A stretch of 64,000 nucleotides of DNA from Candidatus Omnitrophota bacterium (GTDB taxonomy: Bacteria; Omnitrophota; Gorgyraeia; Zapsychrales; Zapsychraceae), in assembly GCA_021108075.1 (NCBI GenBank), contig JAIORP010000171.1, positions 4,041-68,040 of the forward strand, given 5' to 3'. The notes under the pieces were generated by a model. It had not been told where the DNA came from. It was given only the letters and a program-made list of their open reading frames with translations, and did no database searches. The translations under genes were made by a program, and so were the position numbers. Shown piece by piece: positions 1-8,123 of the stretch. Position 1 is the stretch's first letter. The number at the start of each line of letters is the position of its first letter.

Positions 1-238
1 AGTCAAAACCTGTAATCCTGTTAAGCTCAGGCCTGATAATATTTTCTGATTTTCCTTTGAGTTTATTATATCGAGCTAAAACTTTTTCTTTTGTGGGGCT
101 AAGCACACAATCGAACCTCCTTAATACGGTCAGAGGTAAAATTACTTTTCTGTATTCGTTACGTTTATACGGGCCCCTTAATAAATTGCAAATGCTCCAG
201 ATAAACTTAACCATTTCTTTATGCTTTTCAATGGGCAT
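1..238 (-). CDS. HsdM-like N6-adenine DNA methyltransferase, N-terminal part only; the 3' end lies beyond the window
   Basis: Not in the ORF track because it is truncated. Hand translation of the minus strand from the ATG at 236-238 gives MPIEKHKEMVKFIWSICNLLRGPYKRNEYRKVILPLTVLRRFDCVLSPTKEKVLARYNKLKGKSENIIRPELNRITGFD with no stop, matching the conserved N-terminal helical domain of type I R-M M subunits and related N6-MTases. A GGAGG Shine-Dalgarno sits 6 nt upstream (plus-strand cctcc at 245-249). It lies 43 nt downstream of the radC stop. Confidence 0.6.
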   Translation of the reverse strand, partial: MPIEKHKEMVKFIWSICNLLRGPYKRNEYRKVILPLTVLRRFDCVLSPTKEKVLARYNKLKGKSENIIRPELNRITGFD

Positions 239-281
239 TTATTGCCTCCTTAGATATGGGCGCGTTGCAATACGCCCCGAC

Positions 282-998
282 TCAAAACAGTATGCCTTCA
301 TCCGCAAAACTAAAATATGTGTCATTTCCGACGATAATATGGTCTATCAACTGAACATTCATTAATTTGCCGGCATCGTGTAATTCTTTCGTAAAATTCT
401 TGTCCTGTGGGCTTGGCGTAATGCTTCCACCCGGATGATTATGCGCGCAAATAATCGATACCGCGAATTTTTGCAACGCTGAATGGATGATTTCCCTCAC
501 AATCGGCATGGCATGATTTACTGTTCCTGTTGCCGCGTCTTCAATATTGATTATTCGATTGTTGCTATCAAGATACACGACCTTAAACACTTCCGTCTTT
601 AAATCCCTCATCCGCGGCATTAAAATTTCGACAATATCTTTTGCGGATTTTATTTTCTGTTTTCCTTTTTTGACTTTATCCTCTCGAAACCGTTTTCCGA
701 TTTCAAGCGCGGCTTGAATATGAGCGATCTTCGCGTTTCCTAATCCTTTAAATTCTTTCCAATCACGCGCGTCTGTGTGAGACATATCTTGAAATGTTTT
801 AAATTTTTTAATTACTTTTCGTGCCAGATCAACAGCGCTGACTCCTCGGGAACCTGTTCGAAAAAGAATAGCCAAAAGCTCAGAATCACTAAGAGCACTT
901 GCACCCTTCTTCAAAAGCTTCTCTCGAGGCCTGTCATCTTCCGGCCAATTTCTTATTGAATCTTTATGAATCACTTTTTGATTCTCTTTTAATGCCAT
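282..998 (-). CDS. radC: RadC-like JAB/MPN-domain protein (UPF0758)
   Basis: 238 aa with a C-terminal JAMM motif, HNHPGGSITPSPQD, and an N-terminal helix-hairpin-helix-like region. ATG start verified on the sequence. Confidence 0.85.
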   Translation of the reverse strand: MALKENQKVIHKDSIRNWPEDDRPREKLLKKGASALSDSELLAILFRTGSRGVSAVDLARKVIKKFKTFQDMSHTDARDWKEFKGLGNAKIAHIQAALEIGKRFREDKVKKGKQKIKSAKDIVEILMPRMRDLKTEVFKVVYLDSNNRIINIEDAATGTVNHAMPIVREIIHSALQKFAVSIICAHNHPGGSITPSPQDKNFTKELHDAGKLMNVQLIDHIIVGNDTYFSFADEGILF

Positions 999-1041
999 TA
1001 TTTATTCATCCTGGAATTAATAAAAAACCCTAAAAATCCTC

Positions 1042-1069
1042 GGGCGCTTACTTTTTCCTTTTAGCGCCC
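1042..1069. other. Inverted repeat hairpin, gggcgct-N14-agcgccc, flanked by T-rich runs on both strands
   Basis: Seen directly in the sequence. It lies 44 nt upstream of the radC start codon and could be an operator, an attenuator or a terminator for a transcript coming from the right. Confidence 0.4.
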
Positions 1070-1125
1070 CTTTTGTCAAATTTACTTACTCTCGCAATAA
1101 ACACGCAAATCGTACATTTATCCCC

Positions 1126-1177
1126 AATCGCCAACTAATCGCCAGAATCGCCAACTTTTCACCAACTAATTGCCAAC
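1126..1177. repeat. Five tandem direct repeats of an ~10-11 bp unit (AATCGCCAAC / AATCGCCAGA / AATCGCCAAC / TTCACCAACT / AATTGCCAAC) spaced at roughly the helical period
   Basis: Read directly from 1126-1177. Sits in the 0.9-kb non-coding region between the divergent radC and exeA-like genes. Confidence 0.55.
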
Positions 1178-1897
1178 CAAAACATAGCTAATACTACGTC
1201 CCTTGCCTTTTATCTTAAAAACCTTCTTTTGAATAATATCTTTAAGGTCTTTCCTTGCCCCTTCATCAGAAAGCCCTGTCATCTGCCTTTATCCACGTGC
1301 TCAAACAAATTACCGCTGTATATCTGATAATTAGTAAAAGGCTTTTTAAGAATGGTTCCGGGTAATTGCAAACATTTAATTTCAGCTTGTTTAAAAAATT
1401 TCTTTGGCCGTTTTCCGAACAGAAAATTAGGCTCAATATAATTTCACATTATACCATATTCAAAATTCCAAACAATCAATCTATGCCCCTAACTCAGCCG
1501 GATAGTATTGTTTCTGTGTCTGCGATTCATTTATCCCTATACCCTACCGGAAACATCAAAAACATATTACATACCAATAAAATACGCGACAGAAACATTC
1601 CTCTTCAATCTCATCCCGAATCAACATCCCACACACATCTCACTCCCTATTCCTTTTTCATAAATATAAATCTGAGCACTCTCAAACCAATGCCAGTGAA
1701 TCTCCTTGCAGCAGAGCTACGAGGAATTCATTCCATTAAATCATTACCAAAACCGATTCTGCTTTTCTCGACGCTAAGGCAAAAATATTGGAATTGAAAC
1801 AGACCAATTCACTAACGGTTTTGGTATAAATCATTATCATGGACAGGCTTACAATGTGCCCGCTTCTTTGACCCCTCAAAAATAATTCTTGTTTTTC

Positions 1898-1926
1898 TTT
1901 ACCCCCCTATGGACACATGTTATAAT
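1898..1926 (+). promoter_or_regulatory. Putative sigma70-type promoter: -35 TTTACC, 17-nt spacer, extended -10 TGtTATAAT. Would give a near-leaderless ExeA-like mRNA
   Basis: TATAAT at 1921-1926 is preceded by TGt. The ATG at 1936 (MYKEFYQL..., the usual ExeA-family N-terminus) is ~10 nt downstream. If the promoter is real, the track start at 1909 would lie inside it. Confidence 0.3.
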
Positions 1927-1935
1927 CCACGAACA

Positions 1936-2748
1936 ATGTACAAAGAATTTTATCAATTGAGAGAAAATCCTTTTAATATCACGGCCGATCCCCATTTCTT
2001 TTTTACAAGCGCCGGTCATGAGGAAGCCTTTTCCCATTTGCGTTACGGGATAAAACAGCGCAAAGGCATTCTATTGATTACCGGGGAGATCGGGACCGGA
2101 AAAACGATCTTGTGTAAAAAGCTGTTAAATCATCTTGATGATAAAACCAAAACAGCCCTGGTGCTCAACCCGAGTTTTTCCGACGTGCAGTTACTGCGTT
2201 TCATCATCAATGACTTTGGAATCCAGGGCAAATTAAGAAATAAATTTGAACTCATCAACGCCCTCAACCAATTCCTCTTGCAAGAAACACAAAAAGGCAA
2301 CAATGTTGTCCTTGTTATAGATGAATGCCAAAACCTCAAGACACAGCAACTCGAACAAATCCGTTTGTTATCCAATCTGGAAACGACCAAAGAAAAACTT
2401 CTCCAAATCATCCTTGTTGGACAACCGGAGCTCTATGACAAGTTGAAACTCAACGCGTTGCGTCAACTCAACCAACGCATTGCCGTCCGGTATATCTTAA
2501 AACCTTTATCACGCGAAGAAACGGAACGCTACATCAGCTTTCGGATCAATCGTTCTAAACTTCATCCGCTTGAACAGACCAGAGCGACATTCACGAAACA
2601 GGCCATCAATGCGATCTTTGAACAATCTCAAGGCACACCTCGCATGATCAACATTCTCTGCGACCGGGCCCTGCTTGCTGGTTTCGCATCAGAACTGACA
2701 ACCCTGGATCATCAAATCATCCAATATTGCATTGCCGAAGTCGTTTAA
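1936..2748 (+). CDS. ExeA/GspA/MshM-like AAA+ ATPase (cytoplasmic ATPase module only)
   Basis: Walker A GEIGTGKT, Walker B VLVIDECQ, and the family-typical N-terminus MY..F.L.ENPF. The track ORF starts at 1909; I prefer the ATG at 1936 (M10), which gives the canonical N-terminus. Confidence 0.7.
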   Translation: MYKEFYQLRENPFNITADPHFFFTSAGHEEAFSHLRYGIKQRKGILLITGEIGTGKTILCKKLLNHLDDKTKTALVLNPSFSDVQLLRFIINDFGIQGKLRNKFELINALNQFLLQETQKGNNVVLVIDECQNLKTQQLEQIRLLSNLETTKEKLLQIILVGQPELYDKLKLNALRQLNQRIAVRYILKPLSREETERYISFRINRSKLHPLEQTRATFTKQAINAIFEQSQGTPRMINILCDRALLAGFASELTTLDHQIIQYCIAEVV

Positions 2749-2770
2749 TTTAATGAAGGACTAAAATAAT

Positions 2771-3346
2771 ATGAGTATTATTAATGATGCTTTAAATAAA
2801 GCAAAGCCGGACGACGACAGACCAAAGGATCCAAAAGATATACCATCGGCTGCAGTTGCCCCAAATGTTACGGACCTTTATAAAGAAATGCATCAGACTG
2901 AAAACACGCCCAAACCGGCCGCCCCCAAACCGGCCAATGGGGCCAAAAACGTTCCACCGGAAGAATTAAAAAAGAACCGCGAAGAGGCTGAAGAAAGACT
3001 GCGCAAACGCCGCACGATTTTAACCGCAGTCTTCGGAATGATCTTCGTGGCAGCCATCAGCATTAGCCTTGTTGCCTTTGTCCCCTCATTGCGCGACAAC
3101 TTCAAAAAAGTTCTCAGTAAAAAGAACGGGTCAAAAAAAAGAAAAATCCCGGTTCGAACCTACCAACCAGGGGACATTATTTTTTCCGGGACAATCGTGG
3201 CAGGGGATAAGACGGTCGCTCTCATCAATGATTCCGTCTATGAAGAAGGGGATACCATCTCGGGGAAAAAAATCCTTTCCATCTCGTTAGAAAAGCTTGA
3301 GTTAGAAGATGAACAAACAGGAAAACTCTCTGTCCTTCGTAATTAA
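2771..3346 (+). CDS. Bitopic membrane protein, possibly the ExeB/GspB/PilP-like periplasmic partner of the upstream ATPase
   Basis: 191 aa. Charged, Pro-rich cytoplasmic N-terminus, one TM helix (ILTAVFGMIFVAAISISLVAF), and a small beta-rich C-terminal domain (GDIIFSGTIVAGDKTVALINDSVYEEGDTISGKKILSI). Starts 22 nt after the ATPase stop. Confidence 0.4.
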   Translation: MSIINDALNKAKPDDDRPKDPKDIPSAAVAPNVTDLYKEMHQTENTPKPAAPKPANGAKNVPPEELKKNREEAEERLRKRRTILTAVFGMIFVAAISISLVAFVPSLRDNFKKVLSKKNGSKKRKIPVRTYQPGDIIFSGTIVAGDKTVALINDSVYEEGDTISGKKILSISLEKLELEDEQTGKLSVLRN

Positions 3347-3357
3347 TGAATCCGCTA

Positions 3358-4446
3358 TCAAACTAAAAATTTCTGAATCGCCCGCCGGACAACAGGAATC
3401 GTGATACCTTCCTGAACAATGACCTTTCCAATCCGTTGAGGGAGAACAAATCTGTTCTTGCCTGAAATGAACTTCTTATCATGTTTCATGATATCAAGAA
3501 TAGCGCTCACATCCGCTTTCCTGACTGTCTCGGGCAAACCAATTCGCGTCAAAAGACGATTTAAACGCTGATCTTCTTTTGCTTGAAAAAGGTCTATCTG
3601 GACGGCGATATCAGCCGCAATCCGCATGCCTAAAGCGACCGCCTCTCCGTGATGATACAGCCGATAGCCACACACTGTTTCTATCGCGTGTCCGAGCGTA
3701 TGACCAAAATTAAGAATGGTGCGAATCCCTTTTGTTTCCTTTTCATCTCTGAGGACAACATCAGCCTTAATGCAACTGCTTCTTAAGATGACATGCATCA
3801 TCGCCTTCATATCCAGGTTCGCTAAAGCCTCATAATTCTCTTCAATAAAAAGAAAAAGCTCCTTATCAGCTATGACGCCATATTTAACGGCTTCGGCAAA
3901 CCCATTGCGGATCTGGCGGTCATCAAGGGTTTCCAGGACGGTCACATCCGTCCAAACAACCTTCGGCTGATAAAAGGCCCCGACAAGATTCTTCCCAAAG
4001 GGCAAATCGATTGCGACTTTCCCTCCGATAGCTGAATCAATCTGGGCTAAAAAAGTTGTTGGGACTTGCACGAGCGGAACCCCTCTTTTATACGCCGCGG
4101 CGACGTAACCAGCCAGATCGCCGACAACTCCGCCGCCCAAGGCAATGATAAATATTTTTTTCATCGGGGCATAACGCGCGATCTCCTCAAACAAATGAAA
4201 GGCCATTTTCGCGGACTTGCTCTTCTCCCCATCCGGAACTTCAAGGATTTTCGAGCTCATCCCATTCTCTTTTAACCCGAGTCTTAATTCCTTCCCATAA
4301 TATTGATTGATGACGGGATTGGTAATAATAATCGCGTCCTGGCCGATTTTCAAACGGCGCAAATAAGCACCCAGATCAACCAAACAATTTTGTCCGATCA
4401 TAATTTTATACGCGTTTGATTTCAGTGCAACCTGTACTGTTTTCAT
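3358..4446 (-). CDS. aroB: 3-dehydroquinate synthase
   Basis: 362 aa with a GGGVVGDLAGY...VPTT NAD-binding motif and metal-binding His residues. Family-typical length. Confidence 0.9.
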   Translation of the reverse strand: MKTVQVALKSNAYKIMIGQNCLVDLGAYLRRLKIGQDAIIITNPVINQYYGKELRLGLKENGMSSKILEVPDGEKSKSAKMAFHLFEEIARYAPMKKIFIIALGGGVVGDLAGYVAAAYKRGVPLVQVPTTFLAQIDSAIGGKVAIDLPFGKNLVGAFYQPKVVWTDVTVLETLDDRQIRNGFAEAVKYGVIADKELFLFIEENYEALANLDMKAMMHVILRSSCIKADVVLRDEKETKGIRTILNFGHTLGHAIETVCGYRLYHHGEAVALGMRIAADIAVQIDLFQAKEDQRLNRLLTRIGLPETVRKADVSAILDIMKHDKKFISGKNRFVLPQRIGKVIVQEGITIPVVRRAIQKFLV

Positions 4447-5075
4447 TAAAAGATGACCCCCATTATTTTCCCTAAATATTCCATCGTGGGCCAGATATAA
4501 AATTCAAATAAACCGACTTGAAACAGCAGAATAACGATAAAAAATCCGTAAGGTTCGATCTTTGCGTAAGGCAAAAACATTCGACGCGGGATCAGGCCCA
4601 TGACAACCCGCGATCCGTCTAACGGCGGAATCGGCATAATGTTAAAAACGGCAAGCAAAAGATTGATGAGAATCCCTCCCGTGCAGGTAACGACCCAGGC
4701 CTCTGATAAAGACCAAAAAAGAATCCCCCTGAAGAACAATGCCAACAAAATATTTGTCATTGGCCCGGCCAGGCCGACCCACATCATATCCCGCCGGGGA
4801 TTTCGCAAACGCATAAAATTCACCGGAACAGGTTTAGCCCAACCGAACAAAAAAACATTGTACCCGAAATGACGTAAAATCATCAAAAGCCCGGGTAATG
4901 CCACGGTCCCAATCGGATCAATATGCTTTAAAGGATTTAAGCTTAACCGGCCAGCATCCTTGGCCGTGGGATCGCCCAACCTGTTCGCAACCCATCCATG
5001 GGCACATTCGTGTAAAATGATGGAGAAAGCGATGATTAAAATTTGAGAAATGATGATTATCATCGACATATTCAA
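4446..5075 (-). CDS. Peptidase M50 family (site-2 protease-like) membrane metalloprotease
   Basis: HECAHG (HExxH) inside a TM helix, a downstream LDGS motif, polytopic. Its stop overlaps the aroB start by 1 nt. Confidence 0.75.
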   Translation of the reverse strand: MNMSMIIIISQILIIAFSIILHECAHGWVANRLGDPTAKDAGRLSLNPLKHIDPIGTVALPGLLMILRHFGYNVFLFGWAKPVPVNFMRLRNPRRDMMWVGLAGPMTNILLALFFRGILFWSLSEAWVVTCTGGILINLLLAVFNIMPIPPLDGSRVVMGLIPRRMFLPYAKIEPYGFFIVILLFQVGLFEFYIWPTMEYLGKIMGVIF

Positions 5076-5179
5076 TTTACCTTTTTAATAAAATTGTTTA
5101 TATTGAAAATATACTACCACACATAGAAATTGGGTCAATATCATTTGTAATTATGGTGAAAAGAAACAGAAAAGATATT

Positions 5180-5953
5180 TTAGAGGACATATTCAACGCG
5201 GGAAACGCTTAAGACCGGATGAGAAAGGGTATGAACAAAGGACTTATCCTCCATCCCTTCAATCTCAACCTTGTGATTTACAAAATCATCAAGAAGATCA
5301 TTCATCCCTTCGATATAATAACGGGGTTGATCATCAACATACAAAAGATAAGCCACATTTTCGTAACCCGTTGTCGCGCTAGCCGTTCTCAACTCACCTT
5401 TTATCACCATCGGCTCAGCAGGCGTTTCAGGCTCTTCGACCCGGGGCTCAGGTTCTTCAACTTTAGCTAAAAACGTATCAACATCCGCGTCTTTGTATTC
5501 CAGGAATTTATCAGCGACCCAACCGAACATCGAATCTAACGGCTCAATTTGCATCCAGTCTTTTTCGTGCGATAAGACCAACACTTCATCCCCGGCATTA
5601 ACCTGACCGAGAATAGAAAAGTTTGTGCCCCTGCCCGCACGGACATTAATGCGCGACCCGATGACAATCCCTTTGTTTTGATCTTCATCAATGATCTTGA
5701 CAAATTTCGCAAAGATATACGCTTTGGATTGCCGCGGCAATCGGATTTTATACCAGCTGTATTTTTTACCGACAACGACGACTTCTGAATTCTCAGAGAG
5801 CCGGATCAGCTTTTCAAAATTATTGCTTTGTCCAGCACGAACATTAACTTTATTTGTATTGATGCGGCCCACAAAAGGAAAAATATCCTGGGCCTGTGCG
5901 AGTGGCGTGAAAATAAAAAAACACAGAAAAAAATTAAATATTTTACGGATCAT
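5180..5953 (-). CDS. Secreted protein with two bacterial SH3 (SH3b) domains
   Basis: Signal peptide (FIFTPLAQAQ). Two repeats of NVRAGxxxxFxxLGxxxxGxEVxV...W.KI. Confidence 0.6.
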   Translation of the reverse strand: MIRKIFNFFLCFFIFTPLAQAQDIFPFVGRINTNKVNVRAGQSNNFEKLIRLSENSEVVVVGKKYSWYKIRLPRQSKAYIFAKFVKIIDEDQNKGIVIGSRINVRAGRGTNFSILGQVNAGDEVLVLSHEKDWMQIEPLDSMFGWVADKFLEYKDADVDTFLAKVEEPEPRVEEPETPAEPMVIKGELRTASATTGYENVAYLLYVDDQPRYYIEGMNDLLDDFVNHKVEIEGMEDKSFVHTLSHPVLSVSRVEYVL

Positions 5954-6022
5954 TGTCTCTTTTTCCTACAAAAAAATTAAAAATGGCAACTTGCCGATAA
6001 AAAAAGTTACCCCTGGATAAAT

Positions 6023-6241
6023 TTACGCGGTTTCTTTTTCTTCTGCTTTATCTTCGTCTGTTTTGACTTTCGTCTTGCGGGCTTTGACCTTCACAATTTT
6101 AGTTTTCGGCAAACCGACAACAGATTGGTCATCTTGCCAAAGACCTTTCTTCATCAGATCCTTGATGCGTTCAATACGTGTTAAAACCGTTCGCTGCTGT
6201 GAACCGGCCGTGTCAACTCTTAATGACGGATGTAACGACAT
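6023..6241 (-). CDS. Small, highly basic hypothetical protein (72 aa)
   Basis: Lys/Arg-rich (KTKIVKVKARKTKVKTDEDK). Sits between the SH3b and SPOR genes. No family recognised. Confidence 0.35.
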   Translation of the reverse strand: MSLHPSLRVDTAGSQQRTVLTRIERIKDLMKKGLWQDDQSVVGLPKTKIVKVKARKTKVKTDEDKAEEKETA

Positions 6242-6242
6242 G

Positions 6243-6893
6243 CTATAAACTCCTTATTAAACAATCATTATAATGTTTCTTCAACTTCAATGATAACGTC
6301 TGCGCGTCATTTCTTTCCCTAAAACGCCCCACACAGACAATCACATAATCACCTTTAGACAGGACAAATGCGTCCTCCCCTCTATCCTGTAAAATCATTG
6401 CCTCACGTTTGGCATTCTTTTCCAACTTGAAAGAAGCAACTTGCACCGTGTACATATCCTCTAATTCGTCGGCCAAAGCCCCCTCAAGCTCTTCCAATGG
6501 AATTCTTATGATTTTGTCTTTGACTTCTTCAACCTGCTGTTGAATAACGACCTTAACAGACGCGCTTGCCTCTTTAATCTGTGTTTCTTGAGGTTGTAAT
6601 GATACATCATTTTCAAGAATTTGGCTAGTTTTTTTCTCCGGCTGCCCTGAAGCCGCCGTTTTTTGCTGTAGCTGATTAGTATTCTTTGTCAGGGAACGCC
6701 GGCCGTGTTCAACCCCCATCGAAAATAAGAAAACCATTAACATAATGGCGATGATGATGACGACGATCGTATTTTCCCGGGATAGCATAAAAGCCTGAAA
6801 AAATCCCTTACGGGGGTTCCGGTCGACCTTCTGTTCACGTGTTTCCGGAAACAACTCAAATTGAGTCTGATTCTTATAATTTTCATCCATCAT
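6243..6893 (-). CDS. SPOR-domain membrane protein (cell-division-associated peptidoglycan binding)
   Basis: N-terminal TM helix, Gln/Glu-rich linker, and a C-terminal SPOR-like fold (YTVQVASFKLEKNAKREAMILQDRGEDAFV...VCVGRF). Confidence 0.7.
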   Translation of the reverse strand: MMDENYKNQTQFELFPETREQKVDRNPRKGFFQAFMLSRENTIVVIIIAIMLMVFLFSMGVEHGRRSLTKNTNQLQQKTAASGQPEKKTSQILENDVSLQPQETQIKEASASVKVVIQQQVEEVKDKIIRIPLEELEGALADELEDMYTVQVASFKLEKNAKREAMILQDRGEDAFVLSKGDYVIVCVGRFRERNDAQTLSLKLKKHYNDCLIRSL

Positions 6894-7049
6894 GTTGGCC
6901 GGCTCTATAAAATAATATTTATTCGAAAAAAAATTTAAATGACCTTACCCAACTCTTCCGTTTATATCTGTAGGACAAACGTCTTGTCACGAACTCATAT
7001 AGTATAATTGTAAGCCTATCGCTTAAATAATAGTAATATAATTATAATT

Positions 7050-8123
7050 TTAACAGCTTGCGGGACTCAAGAATTTTCTGAAATTTTTCTTATTAGCTAA
7101 TTCGACAAAGGCGTTCACAACTTTAGGATGAAATTGCGTGCCGCTATTTTGTTTAATTTCGATAATGGCTTCTTTAATGTCCAATCGATTTTTATAGGGC
7201 CGCTCTGTTGTCATCGCCTCAAAAGCTTCCACAACCGCCATGACACTTGCCCCTAAGGGTATCTGGTCTTTTTTCAGTCCTGAAGGATACCCTGTCCCAT
7301 CATACTTCTCATGATGGTAAAGGATAACCGGCAATACCGGCTTGAGAAACTCAACAGGACGAATCAATTCAGCACACTTCGTTGGTTGCTTTCGTATAAC
7401 TTTAAATTCTTCCGGCGTCAATTGGCTCGTCTTGGATAGGATTTCAAAGGGGACATCAATCGCGCCTGAGTCCCTGAGGATACTCGCATAGTAAAGGATA
7501 TTGATTTCTTCCTGGTCCATGCCCAAGGCCCGCCCGAGCTTTTCCAACAGCTTAAAACACACCGGGGCATGGCTAGCTGTCTTAGCCGCCCCCTGCTTCT
7601 CCAACAGTTTCCCGATAAAACGGATACTTTCTAAAATAACCTTTTGCTGTCCTTCATACAACTGCAAATTGCGTATCGCCGTGACCGACTGTTCCCCGAC
7701 GACAGACAACATGTCTTTATCAAATTCACTAAACGGCGGTTCTGAACGTTTCCGCCGGACAAAAAGGGCTCCGACACTATCATCAGCGACAAGAGGCAAT
7801 CCGATAAAATGATCTTTAAAAACCACATATCCCTGCGCGACTTTCTTCTCATCTTTCTTAATCTCCAGCAGGTCCTTCTTTTTATTCAACAAAATATTAA
7901 TCTTGTTATTGAAGATCGCAATCATCACGACTTTTTTTCTCTTTTTATCAAGCAGGTGTATGCTGCAGGAACTCGCCTTGATAAATTGACACAGCAGTCT
8001 GGTCAGCCGCAAGGTCAATTCTTCGACGTTGTAAGTCGCGTTGACCAGCCGATAGACCATATGCACTGCTGATAAAATCAGCCTATACTTTTTGGTAAGG
8101 GTTGAAGAGTTTTTTATGCTCAT
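7050..8123 (-). CDS. HD-GYP cyclic-dinucleotide phosphodiesterase with an N-terminal GAF-like sensor domain
   Basis: C-terminal HHEKYDGTGYP motif and HD metal ligands (HD...GAIDVP). The start may be M22 (8060) instead; the track start overlaps dgt by 41 nt. Confidence 0.85.
   Translation of the reverse strand: MSIKNSSTLTKKYRLILSAVHMVYRLVNATYNVEELTLRLTRLLCQFIKASSCSIHLLDKKRKKVVMIAIFNNKINILLNKKKDLLEIKKDEKKVAQGYVVFKDHFIGLPLVADDSVGALFVRRKRSEPPFSEFDKDMLSVVGEQSVTAIRNLQLYEGQQKVILESIRFIGKLLEKQGAAKTASHAPVCFKLLEKLGRALGMDQEEINILYYASILRDSGAIDVPFEILSKTSQLTPEEFKVIRKQPTKCAELIRPVEFLKPVLPVILYHHEKYDGTGYPSGLKKDQIPLGASVMAVVEAFEAMTTERPYKNRLDIKEAIIEIKQNSGTQFHPKVVNAFVELANKKNFRKFLSPASC

Noticed and set aside
57-365. 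Plus-strand 102-aa ORF
   Set aside because: It overlaps the minus-strand HsdM-like start region and the radC 3' end. The translation is low-complexity (Leu/Ser/Ile-rich) with no RBS. The opposite-strand genes have clear homology.
1163-1282. Minus-strand 39-aa Lys-rich mini-ORF (MTGLSDEGARKDL...) spanning the tandem repeats
   Set aside because: Only a weak RBS (AAAGG) and no family resemblance; the repeats explain the sequence better. I keep it only as a remote possibility.
1366-1797. Plus-strand 143-aa ORF in the long non-coding region
   Set aside because: Low-complexity, Pro/Ser/Ile/Asn-rich translation, no Shine-Dalgarno, and the strongly C/A-biased DNA produces open frames by chance. More likely non-coding.
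999-1908. Possible oriC (DnaA-box-like 9-mers) or a tmRNA / RNase P / SRP RNA gene
   Set aside because: There is no dnaA or dnaN nearby. Flanking genes are transcribed toward this region rather than away from it. I could not find tmRNA, RNase P or SRP signature motifs. The three boxes each deviate from the TTATCCACA consensus.
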